This document shows positions 54,801 to 64,000 of a stretch of 64,000 bases of DNA, one piece after another. Within the stretch, counting starts at the first letter, position 1. Each line of letters starts with the position of its first letter. The notes beneath the pieces were generated by a model. The model worked only from the letters and a program-made list of their open reading frames with translations, was not told the origin of the DNA and did no database searches. The stretch is from Cyanophora paradoxa CCMP329 (Eukaryota; Plantae; Glaucophyta), in contig QPMI01000395.1 in assembly GCA_004431415.1 (NCBI GenBank), positions 682,001-746,000 of the forward strand. Direction: 5' to 3'. Both the position numbers and the translations under genes were made by a program.

Positions 54801-55708
54801 GATGCGAGCCGCATTCCGGGATCTTCGCGCGTGCACGGTTCCACTCCTCCTCTTCGGAAGACGACGTCCCCGTCGCTTCCGGCGGTGCCCGCGGGGCGCC
54901 ACCGTGGGAGGGGCCAGGCGCGGGGCCCGGAGGGGCGGCTCGCAGCGGCGCCTTGCCCTTGTCCTTGCCGCGCGCGGCGGAGGACTCGGCTACGGAGGGC
55001 GCGGGCGCTTCCGTTGTCCGGACAGAGCAGCCAGGGCCTTCCAGCGGTGCTGGCGCCGGTGCAGGCGGGCGAGCGGCCCCGCTCGGCGAGGGCGCCGGCG
55101 GCTCAGCTGCCTCGGCAGCGAGATTTATTTGATTCCCGGAGGGATTGGTGGGGACTGCGTTAGCCCCTGGCGTGCAGCGCGAGCCGCGTGGGCGCGGCGG
55201 CGTGCGGCGCGTTCAGCGCGGCGGGCGGGCCTGGTGCGCTCGCGCTCCTCTGGCGAGGTCCAGCCAAGGTACCCGTCCTCGCGCTCGCGCTCAGAGTCGG
55301 TGTCCGAGGACACGGGCTCGTCACAAAGCGCGAGGCCCTCCATTGTGACAATGGGGACGTCTTCGCCCTCACCGCCGTCGTCGCGCAGCATGCGGACGAA
55401 CAAGGGAGGCGCGCTCGGCGCAGGCTCCTGCTCGGTGGCTACAGTCGCTTCGGACTGCCGGGCGGCGGGTGCCGCGAAAATAGGCCCTGGAGCAGGGTGC
55501 TGGGGCGGCGTGGTGCCCTCAGCTGCCGTGTAAGCCGCAGCCGTTCGATTGGCTCGGCGGCGCATCGCGCGGAAGCCTTGCCCTCGCTTAGGGTAGAAGG
55601 CTCGCAGCGTGCGAATGAAAGAGTCGGCGACGGTGCGCGCCGACGCGTCGTCGGGCGGCGGGTCGAACCCAAAGTCGCCGGGCGGCAGGTTATTAGCCTC
55701 CGCCACCG

Positions 55709-56500
55709 CTACAATGGCCCGGCGGGAAGCAGGACGGGCTCATTGGCGGGATTTACTAGTCGCACGTGCAGGCTGCCGCCCTCGGCAGGCCGGCGGTGCA
55801 ACTGGTGGGGCGCGAGTACCCCGAGCGCTGACAGGGAGTCAGGCGCCGGCCCGACGGCGAGCGTCGGGGCCTGGTCCGCTGGCGGCGCAGGGCCGTCCAA
55901 CACGCAGCGGACCATCCACTCGCGGGCGTCCTTTAGGACGACGGGGCGGAGCACCCGGACAAGGAGAGGCCCCTTTGATTGTCCGGGCACAGAAAAGGGA
56001 TCACGTGGGGGCGGAAGTGCGCGTCGCGCGCGTGCAGGCACCAGCCCGAGCTGGTGGTGTCAATCCGCCCCTCGATCCTCATGATCGTGCCGATGCCCAG
56101 GAGCATGTCGGCGTTCGGGCCAAGCGAGCCGTCAGGGACGACGTACACCGCTCGCGAGACGTACACGTCGCCGAAGCGCAGCACGACATGAGCAATCTCA
56201 GCCGTGATCGTGGCGTGGTGAAGGAAGGCCCGGAGGACCTTCACACCCGTGTAGCGCGTGCCGGGCGGCATGTGCTTTTTCTCGCCAACGTCTCCCATTG
56301 CGCCAGTGTCAAAAATGAATTTGACGCGCGTGCTCTCGCCGAGCGTGCCGTCGGCATGCAAGGCATAGACGAAGCCCGGGCACTGCAGGAGCAGGCGCCG
56401 GAAATCGTGCGGGAGACCGTTGATCCCGTCGATAACCTTCGCGATCGGGACCGGGGCGTTCAGGCGGCCGTCGGGCGCGCCATCCGGGGACTCCGGGACT
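55709..56500 (-). CDS. pol: Retropepsin-like aspartic protease and downstream Gypsy spacer domain
   Basis: KFIFDTGAMGDV (Asp at 56308-56310), ADMLLGIG, then VRLVNPANEPVLLPAG after a frameshift. Confidence 0.75.
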
Positions 56501-59500
56501 GCGAGGTCCGTGGGGCGGTCGGGGCCGTAGCCCACGAGTTCGTCAGGCTCAGGAGCCTGGAAGTGCAGCGCGGCGCGCTGCTTGCTGGAGCGGGCGTGGA
56601 GCCCCTCGGAGCGGCTCGTCGGAGCGGCGGAGGACTTGCGATCCGCTCCGTCGACGACTGGCGTCGGCTCGCTGCTGGCAGCGGCGGAGGCCAAGGCGCG
56701 CTCGGCGATGGCCCGCGGCTGCAGTGCAGCGCGCGTCGCGAAGTCATCCTCATCGTCACCATCGCCGTAGATACGGAGAATGGCGCGGTGGGCGGGGCGG
56801 CAGCGGCCCTCGGCTTTGGCCTCCTGGGCGAGGCCAATGAGGCGCAGCAGTTCAGCTTCAATGCGGTCGAACTGCTCCATGCCCGGGTAATTTGCGGCCC
56901 ACACCGTCGCAGCGGCGTTCCGTGCCGCCCAAGAGGCGCCGCTCGGCAAGGTGGTGCCGGTGAGATCATGGCCCGCGGCCGTGGCAATCTCATCGAGCAT
57001 TTCAGACAAGACGGCCGGCTGGGCATTGCGCTCGAGCAGGAGCCGCAGCCGCGCGCGCCAGTTCTTGGCGGCCTGGTAGTGGGCACTGCCCACATTCTCG
57101 TCCGTGGCCGGCGGGGCCTGGCCGGAGCTCGAGCTGGCCGCGGGACCCGCAGGCGGGTACATGAGGCCGTGCGGCCAGTAATAGCCGTGCGGGCCGGCGA
57201 TTTGCGGCAAGAGTGGGGGCGGCGGCAACCCCCAGCCGGGTACGCGCGGCGGGGCGGGCCCATCGACGCCGGGTACGGGTACGGGAACGGCGCGGGGGCC
57301 AATTCCGCGGTGGACTGGGCAGCAACGCGGGCGCGCTTGCTGCGGCGCTCAGCCTCGGCGAGGAGGCGCTGGCGCGTGTCCTCGGCCGGGTCCGGCTCGA
57401 ACTCAAGGCCATGCTGGCGGGCATAGGCAGTGAATTCGGCGTCGTCCATGTCGGCCAGGTCGAGGGACTCAGGTCCCGTAGACGAGGCGCTGGGCACGGT
57501 GCCGCGAACGGTCACGCGACTGCCCTGCAGGATACGCGGCCGCTCGCGGCGCTGGCCGGTGGCGCCGGCGGCTGCGTGCGCGTCGGGGCAGGCGAGCTCG
57601 ACGACTCCTGCCGGGGCGACTCGGTGCGCTCGCGGGAAGCGGCGGCCTCGCGGCTCTGGCGGCGCCCGCGGCGGTCGCGGGAGCGCTCGCGCTTTGGCTC
57701 GCTCTTCTTCCTCGAGGGCGAGGGCGTGGCCGAGCGCTTGGGGCAGGGCTGGGCTCGCGGGAGCCAGAGCCCGTGGTGCCCGAGGCAGAGGACGATGCCG
57801 CAGGCTTCGCCGGGGCGGCCGCTGCCACGGCGTGGTCGGCCTGCTGCTGGGCGCGCAAGCTCGGGGCAGATCCTCTGCCGTGTACCCGTTCCAGTTCTGG
57901 AGCAGCTCGGCGCGCAGCCGGTAGTGGAACGGCGTGATTGCCGCCACCGTGTCGCCGAGGTCGCTGGCCTCGGGGGCGCAGGGAACGGCGCCGCGCCTTG
58001 CTGGGCGACAGTGTCCAGGGCAGGGGCGGGATAGAGGTCGGAGACCATAATCCGCTTCGCCTTCACGCCCGTGAAGATGGGCCAGAGGACGTCATTGATC
58101 TTCTGAACCCAGTTCAGGAGAGCCGAGGCGATGGGCTCCTGGCCCGCGAGCGTCGCGCCAGCAACGAGGTGCCTGGCGGCCCACGTATCGCGCTCGACGT
58201 GGCAGTACGGGCGCATGCCGTGCGCCGCTACCCGAGCGGGCAGGATGCGCTCAAGGCGGCGGACGGAGAGGAGGGGCTCGTCCTCCTGCTCGTACTTGGC
58301 GAGAACAGCGCGCAGCTGCTTCGTCGCCGGCAGGCCCCAGATCTGCAGCAGGGCGTCCGAGAGGCGCTTGCTGGCGTCTGCCGCGTTGTCCAGCCAGGAC
58401 GTATGCGTGGCGTTGGGGCGCGGCAGGTCTGGCATCGAGAGCCAGAACGCCGTTGTCAGCGGGAGCTGAGAGGCGATGACGAGAGCTGCGGTCTCGTCAA
58501 TCGACTCGCCGAGCTGGCCGCTCTTGAGGTGCTGCAGGACGGCGTAAAGCTCGTCGCCGTCAGCGGAACGTGCATGGGCCCCAGCTGCTGCCTCGGCCGC
58601 GGAACGAGTGGCCGGGTCGGCGCGGTAGCAGGTGGACCACATGAACTCGTATATGGCCGTCGGCCCCACAATGTGCATTTGGGGGTTGAATCCCTTGGTC
58701 GGCGCGGGCCGGGGCTGGTCGGGCAGCTCGTGCCCCAGCACCCAGGCAGCCATGCTGTTCACATACCCCGCAAGCAGGGATGCGACGAACTCCCGGGGCG
58801 GCAACGGGGACCACGTGGGTCCGTGCTTCTGCACGCCCGGGCAGACAACCGGGTACTTCCGGTGCCCGCGGTCCTTCGGATCGACGAGCGGGCGGGGCCG
58901 CTCGAATCCGAGCACGAACACGCGCCGAGGGAGGCGGTCGTACTGGCGACGCGCCTCGGAGGGCGGGGCGTGCTGCATGGCCACGTGGGCAGGACCAAGC
59001 GAGCAGCGCGTGGCATTCGTGCCGACGGATCGCCCATGACATCGACGTTGTTCACGTCGAGCTCAGTGCTCACGTGCTTCTCGCCCGTCTGGATCGGGGT
59101 GCCTGGCAGGAGGCCGCGGACCCGGGCATCGGGCTGGGCGACGCCACGGATGCCGAAGCCCCTGCCGAAGCGGGGCTCGTGGAACACGACCAAGCGCTGC
59201 CCACGCTTGGCGCGGTTGACCCCGATGGGCGCCTCGAACGTGTGCGGGCGAGCGAGGTACGCAAACGCCTGGCGGCACGTGTGGTGCAGGGCGGTGTTCA
59301 GCACCGAGTAGGCGCGCGTGATCGGCCCATCGAGGCGGTTTGCGGGAGTGGGCTCCGACGCGACCCACTGCATGATGGACTCGTCGAGCCCCATCATCGC
59401 CGCGACGTAGGGCAAGCCCTGAACGTCGGTGCCTTGCATGGACGTCGGTGCCGGTGGCACGGGCGGGCCATACAACATTACCGCGGCGGGGATGCCGCGG

Positions 59501-62500
59501 TTATGGCCCTCGACGTTTGCGATGAGCGTGGAGGCAAGGCAGTGCATGGCTGCATCAGCGTCGAGCGCGTTCGGGTGGAAACGCGTGACGACTGGGGCAG
59601 TCGCATTCACGCAGGGCGCGTCGGGCGGCCCGTTCTCGCCGAGGGTGAGCGGCACGAGCCGCGGAATAGCAGCCCACGGGTACTGCTCGGCCGTCGGATT
59701 GCGGGCCGGGCTACCGCCGAGCGGGTCGGGCAGCAGCACGCAGTACTTGTCGCAGTACCGGACGCGCTCGGGCGTGCCGTCGTACCACGTGCGGGCCCCA
59801 GCAGCAGGTGCCGCCGGCGTGGCCGTAGCAGTGGAGACCCCGGACGGTCCGGCGACAGGCGCAGCTGAGGAGCTGGCCATGGGCACGTCGCCCTCAGCGT
59901 CGCGATCGGCTTCGCTACGGCGGGCCTCGCCTTCCCAGTTGTCGAGCCACTGCACAAAGGGAAGGGAGCGAATTGGGGCGTTGCCGCCAATTCGGGCCTC
60001 GTGGATCTCGCCCAGCAGCCAATTAGCGCCTTCGACGACGGTGTCGTAGCAGCGGTAACTGGTGGCCAGCCACGAATCCGAGTCGTCCTTTGCGGCCTCG
60101 CGCTGGACGACCTCGGGAATTTCGAGGTTTGCCGGGTACGCCGGGGCGAGCGTACGGACGAGCTCCTCGCACCCGGGTGCGAGGCGTTAACCATGTCATA
60201 GAAATAGCTAACGTCGTCCGGCAGCTTCTGCTGCTCGCGCGGGACGAAGGGCGTGATGCCCGGTCCGGTGCGACCGCTGTCTAGGCAGGACAGCATCCAG
60301 CGCGCATGGCTGGGGACTGGGGCGACAACCTCAGAGAGGGTCGGGCCCGTGTTGGCGGAAGAGCGCCAGCGTCCCTCGACATAGTACGGGGGCAGGTGCG
60401 ACACATGCAGCTCAAAGCGATCTATGAAGAACGCGTCCCAGTGAAGGGCATTCCACTGCGTGGTGTCGGCCGGCAGGTCCGGCAGCGGCACGAGCAAGCC
60501 GGCGCTGGAGGCGGCGAGCTCGAAGGAAGCGACAGCGCGCTTCAGCATGCGAATGTTCGCCGGGTGGCGGTTCGGCATGACGATTTCCAGCCGCTCCCAC
60601 TGGGGGCGGTCGGGGTTCTCATGAAACCAGGCGAAGCGGCGCCAGGGCGGCTGGGCCGCTTCAGCTTCGAGCCAGGAGGCGAGCTCCGGGTCGGGAGCGA
60701 TGTGCAGCGTGACCGGGTTTTGAGCCGGCTGCAGGCCGCTGTTGGCGAGCCACATGTGCTCGACCTGAGTCGGCCAACGGCTAGAGGGGCTGGGGCAGCC
60801 GATGAGCTCGAAGAGGTGGGCGTCAATGCCCGCACGGACAAAGAGCGCGTGCCGCATCCTCTCGCGCGTGTCGTCGTCGACGCCAGCGCTCTCATCGGAC
60901 TCCATGGGGTCAGGAGAGGGCGTGCCGGGGCCCTCTTCCGCTTCCCCTTCGCCCTCGGCCTCGGCATTTGCCGGCTTGGCGGGGGCGGGCCGGCGGCTGG
61001 TGCCGCGGGTGCGAGCGGGCTTGGCGGCAGAGGTCGTTTCGTCGACCTTGCCCTTGCCGCGGCCACGGCGGCCGGCGGCGGCCTCACGCTCGGCGACCTC
61101 GCGAGCCATGCGGTCGCTGGTCTGGAGGTCGTCATCGAACTCATCCCAGACCGGACGGTGCGAGCGCTTGGCCGTGAAGCGGCGGCGTACCTCGCCCAGC
61201 ATCAAGCGCACGCGGTCGCGCGGCTTTTCGAGCAGAGCAACGGCGCGGACGCCGGACTGCGAGATGCAGTAGCAAACCCAGGTGAAAATGCTACGGTGCA
61301 TTTCACCCCAGCGGTTCGCGGCAGAGAACTCGCCGTGGAGGGCGTTCACGAGCCATGAGTACTCGCTCGAGTCACGGACGCCGCCAGGGAGCGGGCCACG
61401 GCCCTCACGGGGGACAGTGCGGGATGCCAGCAGCTCAATGACATCGTAGTCACAGCACCGCCCGCGGCGAGTGATCGGGTAGGAGCGATCGTAGAACGCT
61501 TCAACACTCGGTCCAAGCATGAGGGGGTCGGCATTCGGGAATTCCCGGAACCGGAGCCCTTCGCCGGGGCCGACGGGGCTGTCTACCACGACCGTGGGGC
61601 GGCGTGATAGGTCCCCAGGCCCATGAGCCAGTCGGAGAACAGCAAGCTGCTGAACTCCGTGGGGCGGCGCAGGTCGAGGATCCTGGCCAGGCGGCGCACG
61701 GCGACGCGGGGGAGCAACTTGATGGCCCGGAACCCCTCAAGGTCTGAGCCGTGCTGCACCAGCTCGGACAGGTTCACGAGCGGCGGCTCCCCGGCCATGC
61801 AGCGAGCGCGGCGGCTGTTTTGCATGGCGATAACGCGCTCGGGGACGGTGCCCTTGGCGCGCGTGTCGAAGCACGTGGCTCCGGCAACCTCAGTCAGCCG
61901 CTCCGTGTATGTTTGGAACAGCGACAGTGGCGGGGCCACGTCCTTAGGGCTAATCCACGCGAAAAGGCTGCCCTTCTCGAATCCGAGTGCGCCCGGCAGC
62001 ACCGTAAGGGTCCGGAAACGGATTATGGCAAGCACAAGCTGCACGCAGTAAGCGTGGAAGTCGGAATCCTCGTCGAGGAGTTCGCGAGCCGCAGCGAGCG
62101 CTGTGCGCATGGCGTGGTAGCCCGTCACGGTACGGGAGACGTTCCCGTCGGGCGTAATGTCGAACCGCGGGTCGCCGTTTGGTTCGACCTGCAGGTGCTG
62201 GATCCCCGGCCATTTCAGGCCCGGCTGAGCGAGCAGGTACGCCGACGAAATGAGCAGGGATAGCAGCGGTAAACGCTCGCTGTCCGGCAGTGCGCTCGAG
62301 TCTGAGGCGAGGCCCCAGACGTTCGAGGCGGGCGCGTGCCGCTCCCACGACAATAGCATGTCGTCCCAAGCTTTCAGCGAGGCGACGTCGAGCTCATTGG
62401 GGTCGTCGGGCCAAAGATCCTCAGGATCAGGGGCCGAGCCAATACCCGAGCACTTGGTGACGGGGTGGCTGAGTTGGGCACCGCGGATTGCGAGCATCGC

Positions 62501-63500
62501 AATGCTCGAATCGGGGCCCTCCTGGAGGCGGTAATCGAGCTTGGCGATCGTCGCCGCAGCCTCGATCACGCAGGCGAGGGAGTGAGCCTCGGTGCGGTGA
62601 GCCAGGCGACCCAGCAGCAGGCGCTCGGGGCGCCGCAGGCCGCAGGCCCCAGGAACCGGTCAAGGGCTATGCCTTTCGGGCCCTCCTGGGCGAGTTCGCG
62701 AACGAGCAGCGTCTGCTTCGCGTCGTCGAGGCCGTTCGTGAAGAGCAGCCCAATGGCGCGCTCTAGGTCACGGGGCTTGGCCGTCAAGTGGGCGTACCAC
62801 TTTGTGAGCGGCATGAGCACCGGGCTCACGTAGCGGGGCAAGTAGGGCCCGCCCTCGCGCTCGCCCTCTTTCTCCACGTCCGTGGCAGGCACGTGGTCAT
62901 ACGGCATGTAATCCAGTGCCCACGACTTCGTGGAGCACCGGGGTGGTGCCTGGGGCACGTCGCGGTCCGGAGAACCGAACGGCCCGAAATAGGCGGGCTT
63001 CGAGGTGTCGCTGGCGTAGGGCGCGGAGCCCTGGCCAGGGTCGGAGCTCGGGGCGGACTCGGAGTCCGTGTCGAGCCGCTCGGCGTCGCTCTCCCCAAGC
63101 TCGGACTCCCCGGAGCCGTCCTCGCTGGCCGGGTTGGCGCAGCGGAGGTCCCGCTCGAACGCAGCCTCGCGAGTGGCATCGTCGAGGGCGCCAGCCGAGA
63201 TGTCCGCCGCAGCGGCATCGAAGGCGGCCTGGTCGCGCGCCTTGGCGGCCATGGCGAGGGCGTCGGACGGCTGGCGGACCGCTGCAACGGCCGCAGCCTC
63301 GTCCGAGTCGGAATCCGTGCCCACGGGCATCACATGTACAGACAGCGACCGAATGGACGGGCCGCCCGGAGGGGCGCCGGCGTTCGGGTTGCCGCCTGCA
63401 GACGAGGAGCTGGCGCCACGCGCGCTCTCGTGCAGGGCGGCCTGCTGCTGCATCACTTGCAGGTGCTGGAAGAATGCAGCCATGGCGGCCGAGTTCGGCG
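56500..63500 (-). CDS. Chain of long overlapping ORFs of unknown function inside the retrotransposon
   Basis: Same-strand ORFs 62566-63957, 61583-62569, 59607-61589, 58759-59955, 57512-58984, 56460-57947 and 55933-57228 abut or overlap. They contain W/Y/F/C-rich, globular-looking segments. Confidence 0.55.
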
Positions 63501-64000
63501 AGTCAGAGCGGGGCTCGTTCTCGGCGCGAACTTGGTTGAACCGGGGCCGCTGCCCGCGGTTCATGTCCTGGCCGTAGCCCCGGCCGCGTCCGCCGCGGCC
63601 CTGTGACTCAGCGTCCGGGCAGTCCCGGCGGATGTGGTCCAGAGACCCGCAGGTCCAGCAGCCCGGCTCACGGTCGTCCTGGGCGCTCTTCTCCTTGCCC
63701 TTCCCCAGCGGGCGCTGGTTCGGGCCGGAGGCAGGGGCGCGGGTGGCGCCGCCCCGGCTGTAGCCGCCGCCGCGGTCCCGGCCGAAGCCGCCGCGGTCGT
63801 TGCGGTAGCCGCCGCGGGCGTACGGCTCCTGGCGGTGCCCGCCGCGGTGCGAGAACCCGCCGCGGGTCGGGCCGGGCTCGCTGCGCTCATCGGCGGCATC
63901 CTCCTCGCGCGCCGGCCGATCGCGGCGCCGCGCGCGCTTATCCGCAATCCCTTTCACCCACTCGGAGTATGGGATATTGGGGAAGGGGGCCGTGCCCCAC
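63500..64000 (-). CDS. gag: Gag C-terminus with CCHC zinc knuckle and RGG-rich region (N-terminus outside the window)
   Basis: CWTCGSLDHIRRDC (63619-63660), flanked by RGGF/RGGY repeats. Confidence 0.85.

Larger units (their letters stand above)
49011..64000 (-). mobile_element. Large Ty3/Gypsy LTR retrotransposon (3' part; 5' LTR outside the window), frameshifted
   Basis: Order on the minus strand: gag zinc knuckle, PR, RT, RNase H, IN, then PPT and LTR. Confidence 0.92.

Noticed and set aside
1-64000. Hundreds of long Arg/Pro/Gly/Ala-rich ORFs in the six-frame track
   Set aside because: They are shadow or antisense frames caused by very high GC. The real genes are spliced and were identified by motifs and paralog comparison.
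1-64000. tRNA, rRNA or retroelement PBS
   Set aside because: None was recognised, and the PBS and 5' LTR would lie beyond the right edge.

Overview
Very GC-rich eukaryotic DNA with many ~45-100 nt spliceosomal introns, often with GC donors. The style suggests an alga or protist such as a glaucophyte (inference). Most long six-frame ORFs are GC-driven shadow frames, so gene models were threaded by hand and their ends are approximate. Main finding (5.2-44.3 kb): an expanded cluster of intron-containing, bacterial-dynamin-like (BDLP/DLP_2/mitofusin-type) GTPases of two types, here called A and B. They form three head-to-head A/B pairs sharing a conserved bidirectional promoter motif, plus a B pseudogene and a fourth A copy fused in frame to a PIN/NYN-type nuclease domain. 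Each GTPase carries, at the expected membrane-paddle position, a long V/E/K/R/T/P/Y-rich two-armed insert with a hydrophobic tip that varies strongly between paralogs. A tandem PIN-PIN gene and two copies of an unknown domain (X) lie in the same locus, and a spliced path may join B3-X-PIN-A3 into one protein. Together this looks like an undescribed, rapidly evolving eukaryotic paired-dynamin/nuclease defence or membrane-attack system (function is inference). Also present: two F-box/RNI-like LRR genes, a membrane-anchored KP-43-type subtilase, a 536-bp non-autonomous hAT element with an 8-bp TSD, and the 3' part (>15 kb) of an unusually large Ty3/Gypsy LTR retrotransposon with ~7 kb of unexplained coding sequence between the gag zinc knuckle and the protease. 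Dead and intergenic DNA shows a signature of short palindromic micro-insertions.
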